A stretch of 64,000 nt of DNA from IMG/VR virus record IMGVR_UViG_3300014826_000002, positions 25,182 to 89,181 of that record, one strand, 5' to 3'. The stretch comes from a virus. Taxonomy: Duplodnaviria; Caudoviricetes. This document shows positions 10,685 to 20,269 of this stretch, in pieces. The notes beneath the pieces are model-generated. The model was not told where the DNA came from. It saw only the letters and a list, made by a program, of their open reading frames with translations, and made no database searches. The translations under genes were made by a program, and so were the position numbers. The stretch's first letter is position 1, and each line of letters opens with the position of its first letter.

Positions 10685-12165
10685 TACAAGTCATCCTCAA
10701 AATCTAGCAGTTCTTCTTCAAGTTCGGTATCAACTTCAGAGCCGTTTAGAGTCGGGTACAGTGAATCATCTATAGCCTCAGTAATAGCGTCTTGGGAATA
10801 AGGTTTATCGGGGAAATCTCCCAAAACTTTACTATACCTGAAGTTTACTTGAACTTCTACTGGCCTTGATGGAATCGGTCTATTTCTAAGCTTAACCGGA
10901 TATATTCTCATCATGTTTCTAGCTCTAGTTGCTGCATCTGAAAAGGCTACTAAAACACACGTTGCTTTTTCATACAGAGCATTATATTTCTGAACACAAG
11001 TAACGTCTATCTTAACAGAGCTTTCTTTTTGGTTTCCCTTATCGGGGGTCCCTAGCTTCTTCATAGCAGGTCTATTTACTTGAGATAATAGCAGCATTGA
11101 AGTACCTATGCCATTGCAGTATGTCTTAGAAAAGGCGTCTAACGATACAATGTAGTTGTTAATTCTGGTAGTTTCGTCACGTTCACTACTACGTAATGTT
11201 TGGAAGTTATCTATATTATCTACAACTATTAAATCAGCCGGTCTTCCTCTCTTTTCAGCAATACTTTCTAATGTATTGCATAAGGATTCAAAGGTATTAA
11301 TAGAAGCGGTTGTCTGGTCTATTATATTAAGATACCCTCCAGTAGCACTACACTTATCCATAAAATCGTTTATATACTTTTTATAGAGTTCTTTCCCTCT
11401 TTCATCAAGGGCTCTTTCTTTCATATCTGAAGCAGGAATTTCTTCTCCCTTATGACTTTCACTCTCAATAGAGGCTATATTAAAATACATGTGGTTCTTT
11501 GGTACCTCAAAGGATAAGTAATCAACTACTTTACCTTGAATAGCATTGTAGTAAGCTATTGACAGAGCACACGTAGACTTACCGTGACCTGATGGAGCCG
11601 CTAGGACTGAAAGTGACTGATAGCCCATAACCCCTATAGCCTCATCTAATGCTGGTATATATGTTTGAATACCTTGAAAGTTTTGTTCATATAAATCATA
11701 AGCTTCAGTTAGCGATTTTCTTGTTTCCTTGGGAACTTCCACATTACTATCCGAATACCTGAGCATTTCTTTAGCTAGGGCTCTGACGTCTATAATTGAT
11801 GGAATATCCCGTTTAACAATTAAATGGTTTAACTTTTCCTTTAATATCTCTTGATCCAAGTATTTGTCTAGAGTTTCATATATTAAAGGTGAGTACTCGT
11901 CATTTGTTATTTGGATAGGACGATTATCCTTAAACACTAGTTTCAACCAAGCGCTGTCAGGAAATTTTTGGTTTTCTCTATAAAAATTATCTACAGCATT
12001 AAACAAGTCTAAGTATGTAGACAAAGTATCATGGTCTTTGAGTTCCTTCCACTTTTCCACTAAGTTTAATACAAATTCTGGTTTTTCATCAAATTTTGGT
12101 AAATTATTTAAAACGCACCACATACAACGTGATGGGGTTAACTTCTCGTTAAAATTCTGTTCCAT
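10684..12165 (-). CDS. dnaB: DnaB-like replicative helicase
   Basis: Walker A APSGHGKST, YLSFE, IVVDNID, LSQVNR, KLRN. Confidence 0.9.
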   Translation of the reverse strand: MEQNFNEKLTPSRCMWCVLNNLPKFDEKPEFVLNLVEKWKELKDHDTLSTYLDLFNAVDNFYRENQKFPDSAWLKLVFKDNRPIQITNDEYSPLIYETLDKYLDQEILKEKLNHLIVKRDIPSIIDVRALAKEMLRYSDSNVEVPKETRKSLTEAYDLYEQNFQGIQTYIPALDEAIGVMGYQSLSVLAAPSGHGKSTCALSIAYYNAIQGKVVDYLSFEVPKNHMYFNIASIESESHKGEEIPASDMKERALDERGKELYKKYINDFMDKCSATGGYLNIIDQTTASINTFESLCNTLESIAEKRGRPADLIVVDNIDNFQTLRSSERDETTRINNYIVSLDAFSKTYCNGIGTSMLLLSQVNRPAMKKLGTPDKGNQKESSVKIDVTCVQKYNALYEKATCVLVAFSDAATRARNMMRIYPVKLRNRPIPSRPVEVQVNFRYSKVLGDFPDKPYSQDAITEAIDDSLYPTLNGSEVDTELEEELLDFEDDL

Positions 12166-12176
12166 TTATTTCTCTC

Positions 12177-12749
12177 TTAATCAAACACGTTAAAATCTTT
12201 ACTTATATTTCCTTGCCCGTTTACTATACCTTTACATATCTCTTCTTTTGTTTTGCTGTTTATTACCCCTGAAAGGTTTACAACTACAAGTTCCCCGGAA
12301 TTTTCTAACAATGGAGCTCTTGTTTCACTTAAGATAATCGTAGTTAATCCGTCTCTATTTCTGTCAGCTACTTTATTTAGAGTTGTTTCCATAAGCCAAG
12401 TTTCTGAATTTCCTAAACTCCACATGTGCTTATGGAGGTATAAGAACAGCAGGTCTTGGTCAACGTTTAAACCGTATTCATCTTTAACTCCCGAAGAAAG
12501 TTCACGAGCGTACTCATACATAGAGCAGGAAGTATAAAGAGGACGTTTCTTTAAGCATCGTGTTAAGTAAAAGGCTTTAAATTTACTGAGGATTTCTTGA
12601 TTACCTAACAAAAAATAAGACTTTGAAAGGTCAATGTCAACTTTTTGAAATAAGGCAAGTTCTGCTTTGGTTGTTTTCTTTACAAACTCCCAATTCTCTT
12701 TTCCTAAATATCTTCTTGTAAATTTAAAAAGTTCTAAGTCTTTACTCAT
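12177..12749 (-). CDS. Degenerate DnaC/IstB-like helicase-loader candidate
   Basis: DLLFLYL...TLNKVADRNRDGLTTIILSE resembles the DnaC C-terminal half; no GKT Walker A; directly upstream of dnaB. Confidence 0.45.
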   Translation of the reverse strand: MSKDLELFKFTRRYLGKENWEFVKKTTKAELALFQKVDIDLSKSYFLLGNQEILSKFKAFYLTRCLKKRPLYTSCSMYEYARELSSGVKDEYGLNVDQDLLFLYLHKHMWSLGNSETWLMETTLNKVADRNRDGLTTIILSETRAPLLENSGELVVVNLSGVINSKTKEEICKGIVNGQGNISKDFNVFD

Positions 12750-12797
12750 ATCTTGTTCTCTCTTCTTTATTAATTTTACATTAAAAAATTAATTCTG

Positions 12798-13199
12798 TCA
12801 AATAGACTTTTTCGACTTATATTGATTAACTAAAAATTCATAAAATTCTTCTAAAGAATCAACTGGGTAGACTTTGTTATTTATTGTGATAGTTTTAGGC
12901 TCATTATCCGACATGCTATTGTAAAACCATGCTTCTATATCGTTCTCAATTCTTTTATACTTGTTTCCATCCCACCAGTTAAAGTCTGCTTCTTCATCAA
13001 AAGAGTACCAGCACTCAAATTCATCAGCAAGCATGTTCATTAAAACTGTTTCTAAGTCAGAACCAACTGTAAACAAGCACCAAGAATCTTCCGTTAATTC
13101 TTTTTCAAAGAAATCTGAAATTCTATCTCTTTTAGCTTGGAATTCTATAAGAATTTTCATAATATAGCTAAACTTTTCAAAACTTATTAAATCTTTCAT
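12798..13199 (-). CDS. Hypothetical protein
   Basis: 133-aa ORF in operon context. Confidence 0.7.
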   Translation of the reverse strand: MKDLISFEKFSYIMKILIEFQAKRDRISDFFEKELTEDSWCLFTVGSDLETVLMNMLADEFECWYSFDEEADFNWWDGNKYKRIENDIEAWFYNSMSDNEPKTITINNKVYPVDSLEEFYEFLVNQYKSKKSI

Positions 13200-13790
13200 T
13201 TATCTCTCTTTCTTAGGTACTATAATTACTCCGTCGTCGATTAATTTCTCTGTTTCTTCTTTAATTAACTCGAAGGGTATTGGTCTATAGTCATTTACCT
13301 CTACACAACAGTTTTTATACCAAAGGTCTGGCTCTCTACTAAATCCTCCACGTATAAGAAATGTTTTCATAACTGTTTGAGCATGAATGTGCCCATGTAA
13401 ATTGCGCACGAACCTTCCTTTGCTATCGGGATGTATTGGAAAATGAGAAAGCAAATAGTTTCCGTCAATATGACAAGTACCTCTAATGTCTCTGAAATAC
13501 TTCATGTACCAACCTAGTTGATCTTTATCGTGATTACCTTTGATAAGTACCTTGTCTCCGTTTAATCTGGACATAACCTGGTCCCTATTTTTACAACGGT
13601 AAACTACATCACCTAAATGATATATTTTATCCGTAGGTTTTACCATCTCATTCCAATTCTGTATCATAAGTTCATCCAATTCTTCAATAGAATCGAATGG
13701 ACGCAAACGACTCCCGTCATAGTTAATGAACTTGAGCATATTAACATGTCCAAAATGTGTATCTGAAATAAAGAAAATATTTTTAGACAT
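13200..13790 (-). CDS. Calcineurin-like metallophosphoesterase
   Basis: SDTHFGH, HLGDV, GNHD, SHFP, HGHIH. Confidence 0.92.
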   Translation of the reverse strand: MSKNIFFISDTHFGHVNMLKFINYDGSRLRPFDSIEELDELMIQNWNEMVKPTDKIYHLGDVVYRCKNRDQVMSRLNGDKVLIKGNHDKDQLGWYMKYFRDIRGTCHIDGNYLLSHFPIHPDSKGRFVRNLHGHIHAQTVMKTFLIRGGFSREPDLWYKNCCVEVNDYRPIPFELIKEETEKLIDDGVIIVPKKER

Positions 13791-13805
13791 TTAATTTATT
13801 CCTTT

Positions 13806-14345
13806 CTACTTTAATAACTGCAAAATCTTTGAGGCAGGCTCAAGACTCAAACTCTTCTGAGAAACTTGCTGGGGCTCTCCTATGTGCCTTTCCATAACCA
13901 CAATATTGTTATTTTTTACTTCCCAGTAGTCATTTGTGTACTCTATAATTTTATTTGTATCAAAGGATTTACAGGAGTATAAACAGACGGACATAAATGG
14001 GTCGTTCTTTTCAGGGAAAGTATGTACTGCCGCGTGGCTCTCACAAAGTATCGCAAATCCAGTAACTCCCGAACCTTCTTTTTCATTATAGTCTAAAATG
14101 TCTAATCTTTCCCTAATTAACGGTGACATAGTTCCTTCTTCCCTTAGCTTTTCTAAAAACTTCTTATATTCATTATCATAAGGGAACTGGAAAGTCTGCG
14201 GACTAACTAGGCACGTCATATCAGCTAATTTAATTAAGTTAGTAATGTACTGACTTACTAATCCCTCACTTCTTAGAGCTTCTCTGTTATATGAGGTTAT
14301 ATCCATTACTAAATGCGTTCCTATATAATTACTGTTTTTATTCAT
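13806..14345 (-). CDS. speD: Pyruvoyl-dependent S-adenosylmethionine decarboxylase family protein
   Basis: GTHLVMD...GVTGFAILCESHAAVHTFPE...YSCKSFD with the E|SH self-cleavage site. Confidence 0.88.
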   Translation of the reverse strand: MNKNSNYIGTHLVMDITSYNREALRSEGLVSQYITNLIKLADMTCLVSPQTFQFPYDNEYKKFLEKLREEGTMSPLIRERLDILDYNEKEGSGVTGFAILCESHAAVHTFPEKNDPFMSVCLYSCKSFDTNKIIEYTNDYWEVKNNNIVVMERHIGEPQQVSQKSLSLEPASKILQLLK

Positions 14346-14525
14346 TATCTTTCCCTTCTTTATAAATTGAAAAATCTATCCCCACACAAATGAAGACAAG
14401 TCGAAGCCAAACTATCGGAGTACATCTCCCTTTAAAAACAAAGTTACTGTCGAATGCTATATTTATGTAATCTAGAGGATTCCATGCACTCAGGCTTAAT
14501 TCCATGTTTATATCTTTTAAAAGTC

Positions 14526-15116
14526 TTATGCTGCTTGTTCCTCCGTAGCTAAATAAAGTTCGTACTCTGCAATATCATAGTCGTCTACTATTTCTTGATC
14601 TTCGTACCCACGATTCTTTAAAAATTTAGCCAACTGAGCCGACTCGTGGGGATTGTCGTCTCTATAGTTCTCACTATGATAATCACAGAATATTAACTGA
14701 AAGTCTATGTTATTAGCTTTACAATAATTCTTAACAACTCTGTATTCGTTTGGATATCTCAAATCGTCTATACATACATTCTTTGAAGTACTCTGAATAA
14801 ATTTAAGTACACTACGAGCCCAAAAGTCCTCATCATACTTTCTAACGCCTTGTGTGCCTAAAAGTTCTAAGAAAGTCCTTAAAGTCATATGGTGTTCATG
14901 CTCTCCTACTTTCACAGTAAGAAAATTATCACACTTTTTAAGTTCCTCATAATGAGCTTTGCCAACTTCAGGATGTACTCCAAGGCTTGAAAAAGCTACA
15001 TCTCTTAGGGCATCTGCAAAGGAAGTTTTAATAAATCCCATGGTTTTCATAAGTCTTTGGCAGCTGTAGTTCTTACCGCTCTGCTCAAATCCACAAAAGG
15101 CTATTACTTTACGCAT
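14526..15116 (-). CDS. Deoxynucleoside monophosphate kinase
   Basis: GFEQSGKN, SFADALRD, LELLGTQGVR, DDLRYPNE. Confidence 0.88.
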   Translation of the reverse strand: MRKVIAFCGFEQSGKNYSCQRLMKTMGFIKTSFADALRDVAFSSLGVHPEVGKAHYEELKKCDNFLTVKVGEHEHHMTLRTFLELLGTQGVRKYDEDFWARSVLKFIQSTSKNVCIDDLRYPNEYRVVKNYCKANNIDFQLIFCDYHSENYRDDNPHESAQLAKFLKNRGYEDQEIVDDYDIAEYELYLATEEQAA

Positions 15117-15125
15117 CTCATCTCC

Positions 15126-15674
15126 TTATACTATTTCTAAATTTTTTGTAAATACCTTAATGCTTCCTATTTTTAAGACACATCCTTGCGGCGTGAACTC
15201 CAAAGAAGCTTTCGGAAATTTTTTCTCTAAAACATCAAGCAAGTCGTCTCTGTCTGTGTATAAATTATGCTGAACAAAATCTACGCATAATAATTCTTCT
15301 AGGCTGTAGTACACGGGAATACCTAAATTCTTAGCCATTTCTATTTCAGCCAATGTTCCTTTGGAATTCTTCCAATTAGGACAAACTAAAACACAGTCAC
15401 ACACTTTTAAAAATTCCATTGAATATTGATAATAATTATCTACAGGTACTTTTAAATCGGAGCCATTTTGAATTTTAAACATCACATCCAAATGCGGAAC
15501 AAATGGAGCAAACCCATTCTTTAAGAGTTCTGCACCTATCTTAATACCATCATGTATATTATTAAGTACCTCTAAAATATTGTCGGCCGACATAGCCCCT
15601 GCAACATAAACTTTCTTCATCTCTCTCCTTTTCCTTTCTTTATTTATAACAACACAAAGAATCAAAATTGTCAA
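15126..15674 (-). CDS. DUF4406/nucleoside deoxyribosyltransferase-like protein
   Basis: VYVAGAMS...PFVPH...CDCVLV..NWKNSKGTLAEIEMAKNLGIPV. The true start is probably the internal MKKVYVAG. Confidence 0.8.
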   Translation of the reverse strand: MTILILCVVINKERKRREMKKVYVAGAMSADNILEVLNNIHDGIKIGAELLKNGFAPFVPHLDVMFKIQNGSDLKVPVDNYYQYSMEFLKVCDCVLVCPNWKNSKGTLAEIEMAKNLGIPVYYSLEELLCVDFVQHNLYTDRDDLLDVLEKKFPKASLEFTPQGCVLKIGSIKVFTKNLEIV

Positions 15675-15924
15675 TTGTTAAGAATTGTAAAACAGCATCA
15701 ATAAAGCCTTTCCTACTTCCATCGTACTGTATTAATGCTGTTTTATGTTCTTCTAGTTTAGATATTTCAAAGTATCTAAATGAGGGTATATAAGGAATAA
15801 AATATATTTCAGTACCATAAAATATTATCGAACGTCCAATGTCCATGAACCTGTGCACCGACATTAAGGAACTGAAATTATTATTCATTGCTTGTTGACA
15901 TGATATTATCATTTACCGCCTTTC

Positions 15925-16320
15925 CTACATATAGAAACTTTTTTCATTTTTATCAAGTGCCATTCTTTTTAAAAAATTACAAACATAAGCAGAAGCGTGC
16001 TGTATATTGTCTAAAACAGGGAGCCCGTAATAAAAACTTGATAAATGATCTCCCCCTACTTCATCCACAAACATTAAATTGGGGCCACCGTCTTCTATAG
16101 GTGCCCCTACTCGTACTTCAAATACGTGTCCTTCGAATCCAACGAAGTTACTAGTAGCAGAGCATATTCTTCCATGTGCAGTTAAGAGGAGCTGTCCTAT
16201 AAGGAATTCTTCAATGGTTGACGATACTTGATATCCAACAAATCCAGTTGATTTTAAAGATTCATAATTTATCATAATATTTTTATTATACATTCTTATG
16301 AAGAGAATGTCAAATTTCAA
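15925..16320 (-). CDS. Hypothetical protein
   Basis: ORF divergent from the 16409 gene. Confidence 0.55.
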   Translation of the reverse strand: MKFDILFIRMYNKNIMINYESLKSTGFVGYQVSSTIEEFLIGQLLLTAHGRICSATSNFVGFEGHVFEVRVGAPIEDGGPNLMFVDEVGGDHLSSFYYGLPVLDNIQHASAYVCNFLKRMALDKNEKSFYM

Positions 16321-16408
16321 AGAAACCTTGACATTGCATAAGAAAGGTGATAATATTGAGCATGTAAAAGTTAGTGTAAAAACAGGTTAATGAAAGGAGC
16401 CGACAATT

Positions 16409-17563
16409 ATGAGAGAAAAACCAGCAGAATGCCCCATTTGCGGATCGAAAATATCCAGAGTACTTCATGGGGTCACTAAAAAATGGTATTATAAGTGTAG
16501 TAATTCCAAATGTCACTTTAATGTGAGCGAGGACTATAAAGATGAAGAAGTAGCATTACAAGGTGCCAAACTATCAGCCAAATGCATACAGTGTGGAGAA
16601 CACTTAGAAGTAGCCTGTGGTCCTCACGGTTTGTATCCACGCTGCTTCAAGTGTGACTGCGATTCTAAACCCACATTGGTAGGTAACGTTGTCGTATCAA
16701 GATGGGCTAACTCGCACTCATGGAATGCTAAAGAGGAAATTAAAAAGTTAAGAAAGACCTTTGAAGAAAATAATAGCCTTAATCATAGTTTTGATGATTA
16801 CATTGCAGAAATTTCTACAAAAGAAAAGCCAGCAACTCCAAGTGCTCATAAAAGAAAAAAAGAAAACATTAGTGAGAAAAAAGCTAGTAAAACTAAGGAT
16901 AATGACACAATTGTTAATATTATCTTAAATGGCTTGAGGAGTAACTTAAGTACACCGTTTGATACAGTAACTATCAGTAAAGCTTTTGGACTTAATGCAG
17001 CTTCCGTAAGAATCTACTTAAAATCACTAAGAGAATCTGGTTCTCTTAAAGTTGTAGACTGGAAGTTAGAAACTTTGGGAAATTCTACTATATATTACCA
17101 AGTACCTGAAAGTCCTTTAAAAGAACTTAAAACCTACGAATCTGGAACAAAAGGTGGAAAATACTTGAGTCTAAACGAATTTATAGAGAAGCATGAAGAC
17201 GTAATCAAACCTTCAAAGAGAGCTTCTTTTAAGCAGCTTGTTAAAAATTCTGAAATTTCATATGTTCCACTATTTATTCGCTCTGGGTTAACTAAAGGTT
17301 ATAGCACCTCTGACTTAGAAAAATCAGCAGGTATTAGGAAAGTATCCAAACCTACAAAAACTCAGAAAAGTAAGAAAGTAGGTACAATTAGAAAAGTTAC
17401 AAAAGTTAATATTTCAGAAAGAAAGGTTAAAAAGAGTACATCTGAAAAAGTTGTGACCTCTACTCCTGAAACTCTTAAAAAGACTAAACCCAATAAATCA
17501 ATATTAAGTTTTGTAACATCATTATTTTCAAGAAGAAACAAAAAAGAGTTGACTAAAGTCTAA
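16409..17563 (+). CDS. Zinc-ribbon (topoisomerase-C4-like) plus winged-HTH protein with Lys-rich tail
   Basis: CPICGS...YKCSNSKC; CIQCG...GPHGLYPRCFKC; HTH-like TISKAFGLNAASVRIYLKSL. Preceded by TTGACA-N17-TAATAT and an AAGGAG RBS. Confidence 0.7.
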   Translation: MREKPAECPICGSKISRVLHGVTKKWYYKCSNSKCHFNVSEDYKDEEVALQGAKLSAKCIQCGEHLEVACGPHGLYPRCFKCDCDSKPTLVGNVVVSRWANSHSWNAKEEIKKLRKTFEENNSLNHSFDDYIAEISTKEKPATPSAHKRKKENISEKKASKTKDNDTIVNIILNGLRSNLSTPFDTVTISKAFGLNAASVRIYLKSLRESGSLKVVDWKLETLGNSTIYYQVPESPLKELKTYESGTKGGKYLSLNEFIEKHEDVIKPSKRASFKQLVKNSEISYVPLFIRSGLTKGYSTSDLEKSAGIRKVSKPTKTQKSKKVGTIRKVTKVNISERKVKKSTSEKVVTSTPETLKKTKPNKSILSFVTSLFSRRNKKELTKV

Positions 17564-17601
17564 TTATTGTTGACTCCTTAGTAAATATTCAGCGCGCCTT
17601 A

Positions 17602-18060
17602 GTGTGCGCTGAATTCCTAGCACACGAAGTAATAAAGAAATGGAGAGAGTATATGTACAAAACAGCACCGTGGACAGTCACAGAAAATGTGATTCTTAAA
17701 AAAGCAAAGACAAGCTCAACAATATTAACTAATAATAAGGATAAAATAAACGAAACCCCTAGAAGGAAAGATAAAGAAATTCCGAGAAACTTTAAAATAG
17801 AATACGGACGATACTGTAACAAAGAGATGAGCCTGCAAGAATTGTGTAGGCTATTTAATGTATCCTTTTATAAAATAGGATGCTGGAGAGACGCTCTAGG
17901 GCTTCCTATGAAGAACTCATATAAACAGGCAGCCGTGAAAAAACAAAATATACTAAAAAGCAAGCGTAAAATTATTCGTTCTAGCAAAAAGAGAACTTTA
18001 TTGTTCAATATATTTGGCTATAAAATTACCATTAGTATAGTTAAAAATCATAAACAATAA
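17602..18060 (+). CDS. Putative HTH DNA-binding protein
   Basis: MSLQELCRLFNVSFYKIGCWRDALGL is HTH-like; basic protein. Confidence 0.55.
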   Translation: MCAEFLAHEVIKKWREYMYKTAPWTVTENVILKKAKTSSTILTNNKDKINETPRRKDKEIPRNFKIEYGRYCNKEMSLQELCRLFNVSFYKIGCWRDALGLPMKNSYKQAAVKKQNILKSKRKIIRSSKKRTLLFNIFGYKITISIVKNHKQ

Positions 18061-18067
18061 TTCCATT

Positions 18068-18111
18068 ACTCCTTAATAGAATGTGCTCTACGGCGTAAGG
18101 AGTGGAGCACA
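18068..18111 (-). promoter_or_regulatory. Candidate H-type RNA pseudoknot sequestering a Shine-Dalgarno sequence
   Basis: Minus strand: UGUGCUC-C-ACUCCUUA-N7-GAGCACA-N6-UAAGGAGU-A-AUG; interleaved perfect 7-bp and 8-bp stems. Confidence 0.45.
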
Positions 18112-18139
18112 GTACGATAGGAGAACAAAAATGAATTAA

Positions 18140-19822
18140 TTACCTTAAAGTGTAGTTGTATCCTCCTTTACCATCAGGCATAAAGTTTATAAGCTGCTTG
18201 GTTCCATTTTTATAGACTAGGCAACAAGTTCTTGTCCAGCTTGATAAGCCCTTATTATAGCCCTGATTCATTAACCCTACAGTACCTACACAAAAAGCAT
18301 TTCTAATAATGGCTGCTGAGTGCGTATGAGCGGTCACACAGTTACCCAACCCCTTCTCAAATACGCGCAAGCTTCCTTTAGACCCGTTAGATCCTCTATC
18401 TCCATGTAATCCCAGTTCAACTCCGTAAACTTGACAACTACTATCCTCCTCAAGCCAGTGAACCCTGTCGCTCTTATAGTCTAGCACGTTTTCGATAGCA
18501 TACTGGAGTGGGTCACGTCCGTCGATAGCAGCCCCTGCCAACTTTACCCCCATGCGGTAATTTACAGGGTCATCAATGTATCGCCCCTCCTCTAGGTAGC
18601 GCATTAAATGACAGTCATGATTAGACTTAACAATGTATACGTCCATATCATGAAGTTCAATATTATTAATATAATTACGAACAGCATAGCATTCCATTTC
18701 CAGTCCTAACCTATGTTCTTGAGCCTTGATTGCTCGCGTAATTCCTTTTCCAAGGTCATGGTGTGTTATTGATGTTCCATTGAATACATCGTGTAAAAAT
18801 ACCGTATCAACACCGGTACTCAAGGCGGCTCCCATAGTAGCCATATGGAGTTCTTTATCATGATACCCTGTATGTGAATCTCCCATAACCATAACAGTAT
18901 TGTTCATAGGACGAACAGACCCATCCGATAAATAATCAATTCCTAAGTCTGTTATTGAATTATCTTTAGAAGCTTGAACATGCCTAAAATGAAATATCTT
19001 ATCACTTTCCACCTCTACTATGATAGCTCCGTACGCATGGTCATTTTCAGCTAAAGTAGAAGTTCTCTTTGACATGTACTTATCTGTATCATAATTATTA
19101 ACTGTAACAGCTCCCGTAGTCATTAAAGCTGGAGGAATGTCATAATGCATGTTAGGTACATACCTTAAGAATACCTTAGGGGAAGCAACTATAATAGAAG
19201 ACTGCCTTTGGACAGTTAACCTGTCTAACCCTGTTAAAGGGTTTATTTGCTTAGCTGATACCTTTATTGCACATAGGCATAAATTCTTGTTAATGTATGT
19301 ATCTTTAAAAACTACACGAAAATCGGATAACTCAGGGCTTATGTCTATAGTCTTAGCTTTCTTACCTCTGCTCACAACGTCTTCACAAGGTAAAATTAAC
19401 AAGAGGGCGTTGTTCCTCTTAGCATAGTTTCTTAGAGCGTCTGCAAAAGGCTTGTTTACTTCTTTACCCATAACAGCCGTAGTTACTACAAATCTTTTAT
19501 ACTTTTTAATTTCATTTTCAAGAGCATCTCTGTACTCTTGTGTATATATTTCTTCATCCTCTTTAATATGTTCTAAAAACTTTTCAGCTTCTTTTAGGTT
19601 TAGCTTATACCTTTTAGACCTAAAAAACTTTTTAGATGGTTTCAATAAATTATTACTTGCTAGTTCCTCAAGGATAGGTTTAATAGTCTCAACAGCCTTG
19701 TGTCCCACAGCTTTTTTATGGCACAACAAACTAGCGTTAAAATAATCATTAAAGCCACAGTCATAATGACTACACATATACTGAAGCATCTTTATAGCTT
19801 CCGTAGATAATTCTTTCTTCAT
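18140..19822 (-). CDS. Large calcineurin-like phosphoesterase-domain protein
   Basis: GDSHTG, HDVFNG, SNHD, LHGD, AHTHS in the C-terminal half. Confidence 0.7.
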   Translation of the reverse strand: MKKELSTEAIKMLQYMCSHYDCGFNDYFNASLLCHKKAVGHKAVETIKPILEELASNNLLKPSKKFFRSKRYKLNLKEAEKFLEHIKEDEEIYTQEYRDALENEIKKYKRFVVTTAVMGKEVNKPFADALRNYAKRNNALLLILPCEDVVSRGKKAKTIDISPELSDFRVVFKDTYINKNLCLCAIKVSAKQINPLTGLDRLTVQRQSSIIVASPKVFLRYVPNMHYDIPPALMTTGAVTVNNYDTDKYMSKRTSTLAENDHAYGAIIVEVESDKIFHFRHVQASKDNSITDLGIDYLSDGSVRPMNNTVMVMGDSHTGYHDKELHMATMGAALSTGVDTVFLHDVFNGTSITHHDLGKGITRAIKAQEHRLGLEMECYAVRNYINNIELHDMDVYIVKSNHDCHLMRYLEEGRYIDDPVNYRMGVKLAGAAIDGRDPLQYAIENVLDYKSDRVHWLEEDSSCQVYGVELGLHGDRGSNGSKGSLRVFEKGLGNCVTAHTHSAAIIRNAFCVGTVGLMNQGYNKGLSSWTRTCCLVYKNGTKQLINFMPDGKGGYNYTLR

Positions 19823-19889
19823 TTAACTCTCTTTCTCTCTTCAACATTCTTCTTTTATTATATATTACTTTTTGTAAACTGTCAAATTT

Positions 19890-20255
19890 CTACTTTTCAA
19901 ATTTTGCTTTGAGCCTTAAGTATTCTTCGTATTCAGGGTCTTTTTCATCTTCTTTTCTTTTCTGACAGACAGGACAATATTCTTCCTTAAGAACTAAGCC
20001 GTAATCGTCATTTACTGAAAAGTACTTCCTAAAAAGTTTAGTATAATCTTCTTTACATTCCTTAGCCTTAACTATTTTATTGTTGACATCGGTGTTGATG
20101 AAATACCAAACATCCTCCCAGCAATTACAGAGTTCCCCTATCTCGTTAGGCATAGCGCAAGAACACATCTCTGATTCACACTTCTCACAATGAATCTCGT
20201 CATACTCCGAAGCGGCCTCACCGCAATTTTTACAACTAAAATAATCTACTCCCAT
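19890..20255 (-). CDS. Cys-rich hypothetical protein
   Basis: CKNC, CEKC..C.C, CPVC. Confidence 0.65.
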   Translation of the reverse strand: MGVDYFSCKNCGEAASEYDEIHCEKCESEMCSCAMPNEIGELCNCWEDVWYFINTDVNNKIVKAKECKEDYTKLFRKYFSVNDDYGLVLKEEYCPVCQKRKEDEKDPEYEEYLRLKAKFEK

Positions 20256-20269
20256 TATTTCTTCCTTCC

